Assembly (NCBI GenBank): GCA_035561075.1
Contig: DATMYF010000109.1
Span: 17,409 to 81,408 of the forward strand
Direction of reading: 5' to 3'
Source of the DNA: Bryobacteraceae bacterium
GTDB lineage: Bacteria; Acidobacteriota; Terriglobia; Bryobacterales; Bryobacteraceae
Length of the DNA stretch: 64,000 bases
A model generated the notes under the pieces. It searched no databases. It had not been told where the DNA came from and saw nothing but the letters and a program-made list of their open reading frames with translations. Both the position numbers and the translations under genes were made by a program. Of the stretch, positions 49,968-59,264 are shown in pieces (within the stretch, counting starts at the first letter, position 1; each line of letters starts with the position of its first letter).

Positions 49968-50720
49968 TCACCTCACCGGCCGGGTGCCACGCCGCCGTTT
50001 GCTGATTCGCGGTTCCAGTTGCGCCACGCGCTCCCGAAGTTCCTGGTTCTCCTTTTCCTGTTGAATGAGGTGAAGCGTGAGCTCCTCGACTTTGGCCAGG
50101 AGCTTGGCCTGCATGTCCCACAGGCTGACGCCCTGGGCCTTGACTTCCGCTTCTGTGGGGATCTCCGGCAGGTGGTGGTGCTTCTGGATGAACGCGTTGA
50201 CTTCGCTCAACGGGCGCAGGCAGTAGCCGGGCCGGAAGACGTAATCCGACCAGCCGGTGTTGGTGACGATGATATCCTGGGCGCCGATATTCCCGTTGAC
50301 CGCCAGCTTGTATTGCGGGTTGGTCGTCCCGATGCCCACGTTGCCGGTGGCTCCGACGACACGCATCAGTTCCGCACCACTCCCATTGAGGAATCTCGTG
50401 TCTGCGGCGCTTCTAAAGCGGATGTGCGTGTTGGAGTATAGCCCGGTATCCCAGCCGCCCGTATTCTCCAGTTCTATGTAGCCATTTTGACCCCCGCCCG
50501 CGTCGTTCACCCTAATCACACCATTTACTACAAGCTTCTGGTTGGGGCTCGCCGTCCCTATCCCGATGTTACCGCCGTTGTAGTAGATGGGACCGGTCGG
50601 TCCGCCGGTCCATTGGCCGCATAGCGAACTGGGCAAGAGGATTATGAGAAGGGCCGCTGGCATCAGCATCTTCGCGGCGGGCGCGCGCCCGCACCCGGGA
50701 ATTAGCTTGAGAGTCCTCAT
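49968..50720 (-). CDS. secreted protein with phage tail-fibre-like Gly-rich domain and C-terminal S74 intramolecular-chaperone (endosialidase chaperone)-like domain
   Basis: Signal peptide (MLMPAALLIILLPSSLCGQ); …GNVGIGTTNPQYKLAVNG…; C-terminal …WSDYVFRPGYCLRPLSEVNAFIQKHHHLPEIPTEAEVKAQGVSLWDMQAKLLAKVEELTLHLIQ… plus coiled coil. Confidence 0.65.
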   Translation of the reverse strand: MRTLKLIPGCGRAPAAKMLMPAALLIILLPSSLCGQWTGGPTGPIYYNGGNIGIGTASPNQKLVVNGVIRVNDAGGGQNGYIELENTGGWDTGLYSNTHIRFRSAADTRFLNGSGAELMRVVGATGNVGIGTTNPQYKLAVNGNIGAQDIIVTNTGWSDYVFRPGYCLRPLSEVNAFIQKHHHLPEIPTEAEVKAQGVSLWDMQAKLLAKVEELTLHLIQQEKENQELRERVAQLEPRISKRRRGTRPVR

Positions 50721-51493
50721 TGATTTACCTCTCTGGAACCGCCGGCTGTTGTGGAACGCACTACTCTGGCCAACTGCGCTTGAACCTCACGGATCTGTTG
50801 CCGCAACTCTCGATTCTGCGCTTCCACTTGATTGTTCCTGTCGTGCTCCTGGATCATGTGCAGAGTGAGTTCCTCGATCTTCGCCAGCAGTTTGGCCTGC
50901 ATGTCGCCCACACTGATCCCCTTCTCCTTCACTTCCGCTTCGGAGGGTATACCCGGCAGGTGGTGATGCACCTGGATATAGGCGCTGATCTCCCTCAACG
51001 GTCGCAGGTGGTAGCCAGGACGGAAGACATAGTCAGACCAAGGGGCGTTGGTGACAATGATGTCCCGGGCTCCGACGGTCCCCTCTACGGCCAGTTTGTA
51101 GGAGCCAGGGTTTGGCGTGCCGATGCCCACGTTGCCGCGGTCCAGTACGAGCGTGTTGGAGTAGAGCGCACCATCATTTGTCAAATCGAATGCATACTTG
51201 ACGATGCCCGTCGATACATTCTTCCGGAGCAAGAGGGAATACGCATCCTCCGCCCATTGATAGCTCCATCTCTGGACACCGCTGTCCCCCAAAACAGCTG
51301 CAGTGGTAATCTGAAGCGGAACCGTCGGGCTCGTCGTCCCGATCCCCACGTTGCCGTTATTGTAATAGATGTTGGAGCCGCTGGTCTGCCATTGTCCCCA
51401 CGCCGTCTGCGGTGCCACCGCCATCGAAAGCAAGGCCAAGCCGGTCATCAACACTCCTCGGTGATCCCTCAGATATGAGCATGTACGAATCAT
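50717..51493 (-). CDS. paralogous secreted tail-fibre/S74-chaperone-domain protein
   Basis: Same architecture as the neighbouring gene (…GNVGIGTPNPGSYKLAVEG…; …WSDYVFRPGYHLRPLREISAYIQVHHHLPGIPSEAEVKEKGISVGDMQAKLLAKIEELTLHMIQ…); 4-bp overlap with the downstream paralog. Confidence 0.65.
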   Translation of the reverse strand: MIRTCSYLRDHRGVLMTGLALLSMAVAPQTAWGQWQTSGSNIYYNNGNVGIGTTSPTVPLQITTAAVLGDSGVQRWSYQWAEDAYSLLLRKNVSTGIVKYAFDLTNDGALYSNTLVLDRGNVGIGTPNPGSYKLAVEGTVGARDIIVTNAPWSDYVFRPGYHLRPLREISAYIQVHHHLPGIPSEAEVKEKGISVGDMQAKLLAKIEELTLHMIQEHDRNNQVEAQNRELRQQIREVQAQLARVVRSTTAGGSREVNQ

Positions 51494-51618
51494 TTCTGCT
51501 TTCCTCTCGACTTGGATTCATCCCGGTCCGCCGTTAAGCCACCGGCCTGGGCCAAACTCCGCAAGGTGCGAACGAAGGTAACCTGTTCGCGCCCGCATCG
51601 AGCGGCCTGGAGATTCGC

Positions 51619-52485
51619 ATGATTACTGCTGCTTCCAACCCGACAAATACAAAACTGGAACGGAAACTCGAAGCGTTTGCCGAGTATCTCTGCGCCCTGC
51701 GCGGTCTCACAGAGTGCACCATCCTCGGATACGTCAGCGCCATCCGCCGGCTTTACCCCACCATCGGCCTGAACCCCGCGCATCAGGTTCTGGATTCGCT
51801 GATCGTCAAAGTGCGCGAGGCGGGTGCTTCCTATAGCCACGTCGTCAACACCTCGCTCGCCCTCGAAAGGTACACCGAATTCATCGGCAACCCGATCCGC
51901 CTCGGCCGCCCCAAGAAACCCAAGCGCATGATTGGCGGTACTCTTTGTGAGGCGGAAATCACCCTCATGCTCGCCGCCACCCGCAACATCCGCGAGAAGG
52001 CCATCTTGACCTCGCTCGCGTATTCCGGACTGCGAAACAAAGAGCTGTGCGGGTTGAGAATTGCCGACGTCGATGTCGCCTCGCAGGTGATCCATGTCCA
52101 TCGCGGCAAAGGGCTGAAGGACCTGGACGCTTCCATCGCGGCGCCCTGCGCCGGCGTGGTGCTCGAATATCTGCATCGTGACCGGCCCGGAGCCGGCCCC
52201 GAGGAGCCGCTGTTCGTGACCCTCCAGAAGGGCAACCCTTACCGGCCGCAGGACTTCCGCACGCTTGTCCATGTCGTTGCCAAACGGGCCGGCATCAGCA
52301 AGCGCGTCCACCCGCACCTGTTTCGGCACTCGCTTGCCACGAACATGCTGATCCGCGGCGCGCATATCCTGGCTATCAAAGAGCAGCTTGGCCATGCCTT
52401 TGTCGAGACCACCATGGTGTACCTGCACGCCGCGCCCATCGCCATGCAGGCACAGTACCGGTTCTTCGCGCCCAGCTATCTGTGA
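51619..52485 (+). CDS. tyrosine recombinase/phage integrase family protein
   Basis: 288 aa; C-terminal catalytic region …HPHLFRHSLATNML…GHAFVETTMVYLH… with the R…HxxR…Y signature. Confidence 0.85.
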   Translation: MITAASNPTNTKLERKLEAFAEYLCALRGLTECTILGYVSAIRRLYPTIGLNPAHQVLDSLIVKVREAGASYSHVVNTSLALERYTEFIGNPIRLGRPKKPKRMIGGTLCEAEITLMLAATRNIREKAILTSLAYSGLRNKELCGLRIADVDVASQVIHVHRGKGLKDLDASIAAPCAGVVLEYLHRDRPGAGPEEPLFVTLQKGNPYRPQDFRTLVHVVAKRAGISKRVHPHLFRHSLATNMLIRGAHILAIKEQLGHAFVETTMVYLHAAPIAMQAQYRFFAPSYL

Positions 52486-52510
52486 GTCGATCAGCGGCAT
52501 GGGCCTGGGC

Positions 52511-53284
52511 TCAGGGCAGCAAACCCAGCACGAAAAACGTAAAGCTCTTCGGGTTGGCATCCCCAGTCGCATGTTGGAACGTCTGCTGGCTGGCGTTGGC
52601 GGGGAGCGCGACGCCGGTCGAATCGCCCAACTTCAGGTCGCGGCTGGCGATGTAGAGCTTCAATGCGGTGTTGCGCGGCACGGCAAGCTGATAGCTGTAA
52701 GTCGTAATCCCGCCCTGGAGGCCTCCGGCCGCGGGCGGGTTGCCAGCGAGGCGGGCGGGATAATACAGCCCCCTTGATCCCCATACGCCGAGCGTCAGTT
52801 CCGGGCGGCGGCCATCTTTGGTCTTTTGGCCCAGGACCTTTTGTGCATCCTGCACTTGGACATTCAGAACCGAGGCGGGCGTAAGTGCGATCTTGATTCC
52901 GGCCACCGCTTGCCCCGAGGTCAGGACGACCCCTGTGGGGCCGCCGTTCCATTGGCATGGGTCCAGGTATTGATCACCGGCCTGCACACACAACGAGTAC
53001 TTGCCATCTACGAGGCCCTGAATCTGGAACGCGCCATCGCCGCCGGACTTTGTGCTCTTGGCCGATGGCGGAGTTCCCAACCGGCTTGCGACCACCAAGG
53101 CGGCCGGTACGGGCTTTTGCGTCTTGGCATCCACTACCGTTCCTTGAATGCTTACCGTCTTTGTTTGTCCGATGGCCGCCGAGGCCGTAAGCAGTAGAAG
53201 CAAGGAAAGGGCTGTTCCGGTGTGGGCACGACTCGCGGTGCCGAGGAGAAACGGCACCGCTTCAGCGCGAAATGCCTTGGGCAT
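52511..53284 (-). CDS. secreted carboxypeptidase-regulatory-like (CarboxypepD_reg) domain protein
   Basis: Signal peptide; …TVSIQGTVVDAKTQKPVPAALVV…GDGAFQIQGLVDGKYSL… motif. Confidence 0.55.
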   Translation of the reverse strand: MPKAFRAEAVPFLLGTASRAHTGTALSLLLLLTASAAIGQTKTVSIQGTVVDAKTQKPVPAALVVASRLGTPPSAKSTKSGGDGAFQIQGLVDGKYSLCVQAGDQYLDPCQWNGGPTGVVLTSGQAVAGIKIALTPASVLNVQVQDAQKVLGQKTKDGRRPELTLGVWGSRGLYYPARLAGNPPAAGGLQGGITTYSYQLAVPRNTALKLYIASRDLKLGDSTGVALPANASQQTFQHATGDANPKSFTFFVLGLLP

Positions 53285-53555
53285 GTGCGACTCCGAAGTT
53301 CAGCAATATCGCAGAGTAGAAGCTCCGAAAGTAGAGCATTTACCGAACGCTGTCAAGAACTAATCGTGAATAATCTTGAAACTAACGGAAAAAATACTGG
53401 TGGAGATTATCGAGGGGACCCGAGTATTTTGGCGGGTCGAGAATAGGTGTCCGCGGCATAATCCGCCGGATTACGCGACACCCTGCGCAAATGTGATCCC
53501 CCGGCTCCCGGCCAGCACCGGTTAGGCGCGTGATCCGGTCCGGCTATCTCAATCG

Positions 53556-53768
53556 TTGATCCGAATGTACACCGAACAGCAACTTCAGGCGCTTCGCGCT
53601 GCGCTGGCGACCGGGGTGCGCCGGGTGCGCTTCGGCGACCGCGAAATCGAGTACCGCACCATTGACGAACTGAAAAGCGCGATCGCGGCGGCTGAGGCCG
53701 ATATCGCGAAGGCAAGCGGCACCCCGCAGGTCCGGCAGATTCGCATCTCCACGCAGAAGGGCTTCTAA
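53556..53768 (+). CDS. phage head-tail joining protein, lambda gpW family
   Basis: 70 aa; …TEQQLQALRAALATGVRRVRFGDREIEYRTIDELKSAIAAAEADI… parallels lambda W (…EELAAARAAL…[33 protein letters not shown]…). Confidence 0.7.
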   Translation: MIRMYTEQQLQALRAALATGVRRVRFGDREIEYRTIDELKSAIAAAEADIAKASGTPQVRQIRISTQKGF

Positions 53769-53772
53769 CGTC

Positions 53773-55227
53773 TTGGGCTTCTGGAAACGGCTGTTACATG
53801 CTGCCGCGCCACGCATTGGCGCCGCCGCAGATTACGACGCCGCGTCCGGCACGCGCCGGGTCGCCGGATGGGCGCCGGTGACGAGCGACGTCAACACGCT
53901 CGTCTTCCGCAACGCCGACACGCTGCGGTCCCGCGCGCGGGATATGGTGCGGCGAAATCCTTGGGCGACCAACGCTCTCGATGCCTTCGTGGGCAACTGC
54001 GTTGGCACCGGCATCAAGCCGCAGGCGCTCAATCTGGATCCGCGCATGAAAGAGCAAATCCAGGCGCTGTGGCTGCGCTGGACCGATGAAGCCGACGCCA
54101 GCGGCGTGACCGATTTCTACGGCCTTCAGGCGCTGGCCTGCCGCGCAGTAATGGAGGCCGGGGAGTGCTTCATCCGGCTGCGGTCGCGCCTGCCCAAGGA
54201 CGGCCTCTCGGTCCCGCTGCAACTGCAGTTGATCGAGGCGGAACACCTGCCGACGGGAGAGACCCGAAAGCTACCGAACGGGAATTACATCCGGGCCGGA
54301 ATCGAGTTCAACGGCATTGGCAGGCGCGTTGCCTATCACCTTCATCGGGAGCATCCCGGCGACGCACTCAACCCCATGTTCTCGACGGAGTTGGTGCGGG
54401 TGCCGGCCGATTACGTGCTGCACCTGTTCCGTCCGTTGCGGCCCGGCCAACTACGCGGCCAGCCCTGGCTGACCCAGGTACTCATCAAACTCTACGAGCT
54501 GGATCAGTACGACGACGCGGAGCTGGTACGGAAAAAGACGGCGGCCATGTTCGCCGGCTTCGTCACGAAGAACGCTCCGGAGGACCAGATACTCGGCGAA
54601 TCGTCGCCGGATGCGAACGGCGTGGTGTTGAGCGGCCTTGAGCCTGGCACGCTGCAAGTTCTGCTGCCCGGCGAGGACGTGAAGTTCTCAACCCCCGCCG
54701 ACGTCGGCGCCAGCTACGAGACTTTTATGCGGGTGCAGTTGCGCTCGATCGCCGCCGGCATGGGGATCACCTATGAGCAGTTGACCGGCGACCTCACCGG
54801 CGTGAACTACTCCTCTATCCGAGCCGGGTTGCTCGAGTTCCGGCGGCGCTGCGAACAGTTCCAGCACCAGGTAATGGTCTTCCAGATGTGCCGCCCGATC
54901 TGGCAGCGCTGGATCCGGGACGCGATTCTCAGCGGGGCTCTGAAGCTTGCGGCCGATCAGTCCGGAAGTCTCGAAGCCAAGTGGATTCCGCCCGGCTTCG
55001 CCTGGGTCGATCCGCTGAAGGACATCAAGGCGCAGATCATGGCCGTGCGGGCGGGCTTCAAGAGCCGCTCCGAAGTCGTTTCCGAACAGGGCTACGACGC
55101 CGAGACCATTGACCGCGAGATCGCGGGTGACAACGCCCGGGCCGACGCGCTCGGGCTGGCCTACGAGTCCGACCCCCGAAAGGAAAGCAATGAATCATCT
55201 ACCCCATCTGGCAACGCGGATCTTTGA
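53773..55227 (+). CDS. phage portal protein, lambda gpB family
   Basis: 484 aa; position after gpW and before the S49 protease; size and composition typical of lambda-family portals. Confidence 0.75.
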   Translation: MGFWKRLLHAAAPRIGAAADYDAASGTRRVAGWAPVTSDVNTLVFRNADTLRSRARDMVRRNPWATNALDAFVGNCVGTGIKPQALNLDPRMKEQIQALWLRWTDEADASGVTDFYGLQALACRAVMEAGECFIRLRSRLPKDGLSVPLQLQLIEAEHLPTGETRKLPNGNYIRAGIEFNGIGRRVAYHLHREHPGDALNPMFSTELVRVPADYVLHLFRPLRPGQLRGQPWLTQVLIKLYELDQYDDAELVRKKTAAMFAGFVTKNAPEDQILGESSPDANGVVLSGLEPGTLQVLLPGEDVKFSTPADVGASYETFMRVQLRSIAAGMGITYEQLTGDLTGVNYSSIRAGLLEFRRRCEQFQHQVMVFQMCRPIWQRWIRDAILSGALKLAADQSGSLEAKWIPPGFAWVDPLKDIKAQIMAVRAGFKSRSEVVSEQGYDAETIDREIAGDNARADALGLAYESDPRKESNESSTPSGNADL

Positions 55228-56392
55228 TACCCCGCTGCTCATCGCACCGCAGAAGCTCGACGTGATCCTCTCGGTGCTTGCGCCGCGGCTGGGGCTTGGT
55301 GCGGCGCCGGTGACCGCTGCGGTGACTTCGGAACGCACTCCGAGGAAGCCGTACGAGATCACGCCGCATGGCATCGCCATTATTCCCATTGAGGGAACCC
55401 TGGTGCACAAGGGGTACGGCCTCGATGCGCTCTCGGGTCTCCGTTCCTACGTGGAGATCCAGCAGGAGATCGAGGACGCCGCCACGGACCCGGCGATTCG
55501 CGGCATTCTTCTCGATGTCGATTCGCCGGGGGGCGAGGTGGCCGGCGCCTTCGATCTGGCCGATACCGTGTTCAGGGCGCGCGGCGCCAAGCCGGTCTAC
55601 GCCGCCGCCAACAATGACGCTTTCAGTGCGGCGTATCTGCTGGCCTCCGGGGCTGAGCGCTTGTACGCAAGCCGCACCTCCGGCGTGGGCAGCATCGGCG
55701 TCATCGTCAGCCATGTGGACGTTAGCGCCAGCGATGAGAAGCTCGGCTACAAGTACACCATCATTCACGCGGGCGCCCGCAAGGCCGACTTTCATCCTCA
55801 CGCCCCGCTGAGCGAGGAGGCCTATGGCGTGCTCGCCGCCGAGATCGAGCGCACTTACGGGCTGCTCGTGAGCACGGTGGCGCGCAATCGCGGCGTGGCG
55901 GAGACGTCGATCCGGGAGACGGAAGCCGCGCTTTACTTCGGCGGCGACGCCCTCGCGGCGGGACTGGCCGACCGGATCGGCACGCGCCAGGAAGCCCTGG
56001 CCGATCTTCGCGGGACTGTAAAGGCCCGCAACACGTCAATCCATCTCCAAGGGAGAACCAGCATGAACGAAGAACAGCATGCGGCGGAGCCTTCCGCCGT
56101 GGATATCGAAGCCATCCGCACGGAGGCTCGCCGGCAGGGCTATGCCGAGGCGCGGGAGGTCGTGGAACTGTGCGCCTTGGCCGGCATGCCGGCGAAAGCC
56201 GCCGCGCTGTTGGCGAACCAGGTCGCCCCGGCCGAGGCCAGGCAGAGCCTGTTGGAGGCCCGCACCGCCGAGGAGCCCCCGGAGATTCGCTCGCACGTGA
56301 TGCCCGACACCGGAACCGGCGCGAGTGCCAAGCCTGAAGGCAGTCCGGTGATGAAGGCCGTCGAGCGGCTCGCCGGGAAAGGAGCAAATTGA
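55190..56392 (+). CDS. S49-family (SppA/ClpP-like) prohead protease, lambda gpC-like
   Basis: Start at MNHLPHLATR…; …IRGILLDVDSPGGEV… and …DAFSAAYLLASGAERLYASRTSGVGSIGV… are SppA/S49 signatures with the catalytic Ser/Lys context. Confidence 0.8.
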   Translation: MNHLPHLATRIFDTPLLIAPQKLDVILSVLAPRLGLGAAPVTAAVTSERTPRKPYEITPHGIAIIPIEGTLVHKGYGLDALSGLRSYVEIQQEIEDAATDPAIRGILLDVDSPGGEVAGAFDLADTVFRARGAKPVYAAANNDAFSAAYLLASGAERLYASRTSGVGSIGVIVSHVDVSASDEKLGYKYTIIHAGARKADFHPHAPLSEEAYGVLAAEIERTYGLLVSTVARNRGVAETSIRETEAALYFGGDALAAGLADRIGTRQEALADLRGTVKARNTSIHLQGRTSMNEEQHAAEPSAVDIEAIRTEARRQGYAEAREVVELCALAGMPAKAAALLANQVAPAEARQSLLEARTAEEPPEIRSHVMPDTGTGASAKPEGSPVMKAVERLAGKGAN

Positions 56393-56393
56393 G

Positions 56394-57062
56394 ATGCCTG
56401 TACAAGCGGAAGGCAAGTATTTGGGCGACTGGCTGAAATTCGAAGCGGAGAATCAGTACAGCCGCGACGTGGTCACCATCCTCGCAGGCAGCGGCGCCGC
56501 ACGCGAGTTGCTCACCGGCATGGTTCTCGGCCGCGTCACCAAGGGCGCCGCCGCGAGCGCTGCCGTGGCCGGCAACACCGGTGACGGCGCCATCACCGCC
56601 GCGCCCGCCGTGGGCGCCGGCGCCAAGCCCGGCGTTTACCGGGTCGTCTGCATCGAACCCGCGGTGGACGGCGGCAAGTTCGCCGTCGAGGATCCGAATG
56701 GAATCCTGATCGGCGTGGCCACGGTGGGCATCGAGTTCACGAACCATCTCACCTTCACGATCGCCGATGGCGCTGCGGATTTCGTTGCGGGAGACACTTT
56801 CACCATCACGGTGGCCGCGGGCTCCGGAAAGGTGAAGCAGATCGACTTCGCGGCCACCGACGGTAGCGATGTAGCCAGCGGCCTCCTGCTTCTCGACACG
56901 ACTGCGCCGGACGGCGCCGATAGGTCCGGCGTGGCGATTGTCCGCAACGCCATCGTCTCGGACAATGGAATCACTTGGCCGGCGGGAACCACCGCGAACC
57001 AGAAGAGCGCTGCCATCGCGCAGTTGAAGACGGCGGGCATCCTCGTCCGTCAAGGAGCCTGA
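56394..57062 (+). CDS. phage head decoration protein (gpD-like)
   Basis: 222 aa; Gly/Ala-rich; sits between protease and major capsid as in lambda. Confidence 0.6.
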   Translation: MPVQAEGKYLGDWLKFEAENQYSRDVVTILAGSGAARELLTGMVLGRVTKGAAASAAVAGNTGDGAITAAPAVGAGAKPGVYRVVCIEPAVDGGKFAVEDPNGILIGVATVGIEFTNHLTFTIADGAADFVAGDTFTITVAAGSGKVKQIDFAATDGSDVASGLLLLDTTAPDGADRSGVAIVRNAIVSDNGITWPAGTTANQKSAAIAQLKTAGILVRQGA

Positions 57063-57065
57063 TCC

Positions 57066-58073
57066 ATGATCCTTAACCCCTTTTCGACCGACGCTTTCAA
57101 TATGGCGGCGCTGACCGCCGCCATCAACAAGATCCCCAACACCTACGGGCGTCTGGAGCAGTTGAACCTGATGGCGCCGCAGGGCGTCCGCACCCGCACG
57201 ATCATTATCGAGGAGATGAGCGGAGTGCTGAACCTGCTACCCACGCAGCCGGTGGGTGCGCCCGGCACGCTCGGCACGGTGGGCAAGCGCAAGGTGCGCT
57301 CCTTTGTCATCCCGCACATCCCGCATGACGACGCGGTGCTGCCCGAGGAGGTCCAGGGTATCCGCGCTTTCGGCTCCGAAACCGAGATGGACGCCCTGGC
57401 GAACCTGCTCGCGCAGAAACTCCAGAACATGCGCAACAAGCACGCCATCACGCTGGAGTACCTGCGTATGGGCGCGCTCAAGGGCGTGATTCTCGATGCC
57501 GACGGCTCGACGCTCTACGACCTCTACACGGAGTTCGGCATCACGGCGAAGACGGTCAACTTCGCGCTGACCACCGCGGCGACCGAGGTGCTGTTGAAGG
57601 TGCTCGAAGTGAAGCGCCACATCGAGGACAATCTCAAGGGCGAGTTTATGACGGGCATCATGTGCCTGTGCTCGCAGGGCTTCTACGACGCCTTCACCAC
57701 GCACGCGAAGGTGAAGGAGGCGTTCACGTACTATCAGCGCAACCAGCAGTTGGGGAACGACTACCGCACCGGCTTCACCTTTGGCGGCATCACGTTCGAG
57801 GAGTACCGGGGCCAGGCGACCGACGCCGCCGGGAACGTGCGGAAGTTCATCGCCGACGACGAGGCGCATTTCTTCCCGCTCGGGACGGCGAACACGTTCC
57901 GCACGCATTTCGCACCCGCCGATTTCAACGAGACCGCGAACACGCTGGGACTGCCGCTCTACGCCAAGCAGGAGCCGCGCAAATTCGGGCGCGGGACCGA
58001 CCTGCACACGCAGCAGAACCCGCTGCCGATCTGCCTGCGGCCGGAGGTTCTGGTCAAGGCCACGAAGGCGTAG
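57066..58073 (+). CDS. phage major capsid protein, lambda gpE family
   Basis: 335 aa; size, position and N-terminal MILNPFSTDAFNMAALTAAINKIPNTYGRL… are typical of the E family. Confidence 0.8.
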   Translation: MILNPFSTDAFNMAALTAAINKIPNTYGRLEQLNLMAPQGVRTRTIIIEEMSGVLNLLPTQPVGAPGTLGTVGKRKVRSFVIPHIPHDDAVLPEEVQGIRAFGSETEMDALANLLAQKLQNMRNKHAITLEYLRMGALKGVILDADGSTLYDLYTEFGITAKTVNFALTTAATEVLLKVLEVKRHIEDNLKGEFMTGIMCLCSQGFYDAFTTHAKVKEAFTYYQRNQQLGNDYRTGFTFGGITFEEYRGQATDAAGNVRKFIADDEAHFFPLGTANTFRTHFAPADFNETANTLGLPLYAKQEPRKFGRGTDLHTQQNPLPICLRPEVLVKATKA

Positions 58074-58078
58074 GCGCC

Positions 58079-58381
58079 ATGTCGAACTGGATCTCCCAGG
58101 CCGGCGCGCTCAACGCAGGTGTGCTGGACGCGTTCGGCCAGGAGGTCGTCTATTCGCCGCGGACCGGACCGGAGGTCAGGGTGTGTGCGGTTTTCGAGGA
58201 GACGCGCGAGGCACAAGAGACTGCGCTAGGCGTGTACGCCGTAGCCTTCCTTCGCGCGTCGGATCTTGCCGCGCCTCCCGAAAACGGTGACGAAGTGCGG
58301 GTGGACGGCGTCGCGTACACGGTCTTCGAGATTCAGGCCGACCACGCGGGCGGCGTCTGTCTGCGACTGCGGCAGGTATAA
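58079..58381 (+). CDS. small phage head-completion/connector-like protein
   Basis: 100 aa ORF immediately after the capsid gene (the FI/FII position). Confidence 0.4.
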   Translation: MSNWISQAGALNAGVLDAFGQEVVYSPRTGPEVRVCAVFEETREAQETALGVYAVAFLRASDLAAPPENGDEVRVDGVAYTVFEIQADHAGGVCLRLRQV

Positions 58382-58383
58382 CC

Positions 58384-58839
58384 ATGGCGTCGGTCCGAAT
58401 CTTCCATAAGAAACAGATCCGGTTGGACCATCTCAGCTTCAAGCAGCACGAGGTGTTCAAGATCGGCAACGTCGGCGTTGCCACGGTAAAGAATCGCCTG
58501 GCCGCAGCCCTGGGCCCGACCGATGGTCCCGCCAAGCGGCTCAGCAAGTACTACGCAATCCGCAAGACCAGGATGGGCAAGGGCAACCGCCGCAACCTAA
58601 TGCTCACTGGCGACATGCTGCGGAACTTCCTGGTGCGGACGGTGAGCGAGAAGACGGCGAAGGCGCGCAACTCGACGCGCCTCGACCGGGCGAAGGCCAA
58701 CACCACGAACAGGATCGAGCCCTGGATCGTCTTCTCGCCCAACAACGAGAAAACCGTCCGCGCGTTCGCCGGGCGGGTATTGACGGAGATGGCACCGCGC
58801 CTGGTGATCGAGCGCAGTCTCGGTGGCCGACAGCGATGA
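58384..58839 (+). CDS. phage morphogenesis-associated hypothetical protein
   Basis: 151 aa, basic; tightly coupled to the neighbouring genes. Confidence 0.4.
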   Translation: MASVRIFHKKQIRLDHLSFKQHEVFKIGNVGVATVKNRLAAALGPTDGPAKRLSKYYAIRKTRMGKGNRRNLMLTGDMLRNFLVRTVSEKTAKARNSTRLDRAKANTTNRIEPWIVFSPNNEKTVRAFAGRVLTEMAPRLVIERSLGGRQR

Positions 58840-59264
58840 TCGACACCTCGGTCCTGGTAAATAACCTAGTCGCCATACTGCGCGACATTCCTGAACTGGT
58901 CGTGGAGATGGGCGGCGAAGAGAGCCGGATCTATGCGTACCATGATCAGTACCCCAAAAACATCAGCCTGACGCACGCGATCCACTCAATGCCCGCGCCG
59001 TCGATCATGGCCGTGTGGCAGGGTACTGGTCCTGGCTCGTTCGGCGGCTTTGACGTGTGGAAGCACCAGGTGACGTTGTTCCTTCGCGCGCGCGAGACGT
59101 TGGCGGGCGTCGGCGCGAAGCATCTCACTCGCAATATCTTTCACGGCTTTTCGGAGGACGTACCCGGCTCAAACATGTTCGAGCAAGTGGTGACAGAAAG
59201 GTACGACAGCCTGCTTTTCGTGGAGAAGACCACGGCGGCGCGCCCGAATGCGAAGTTGGAGTGA
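58836..59264 (+). CDS. phage-associated hypothetical protein
   Basis: 142 aa; 4-bp overlap with the upstream gene; last gene of the + strand block. Confidence 0.4.
   Translation: MIDTSVLVNNLVAILRDIPELVVEMGGEESRIYAYHDQYPKNISLTHAIHSMPAPSIMAVWQGTGPGSFGGFDVWKHQVTLFLRARETLAGVGAKHLTRNIFHGFSEDVPGSNMFEQVVTERYDSLLFVEKTTAARPNAKLE

Larger units (their letters stand above)
51619..59264 (+). mobile_element. integrase plus lambda-like head-only morphogenesis module (prophage remnant or capsid-forming satellite-like element)
   Basis: Integrase followed (after one unrelated gene) by gpW, portal, protease, decoration, major capsid and three small genes in lambda order. No terminase or tail genes precede or follow them in the window. 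Confidence 0.55.

Noticed and set aside
51490-52572. 360-aa minus-strand ORF
   Set aside because: Antisense to the tyrosine integrase, which has the catalytic R…HxxR…Y signature.
55761-57053. 430-aa minus-strand ORF
   Set aside because: Antisense to the S49 protease and decoration genes of the head module; Arg/Pro/Gly-rich.
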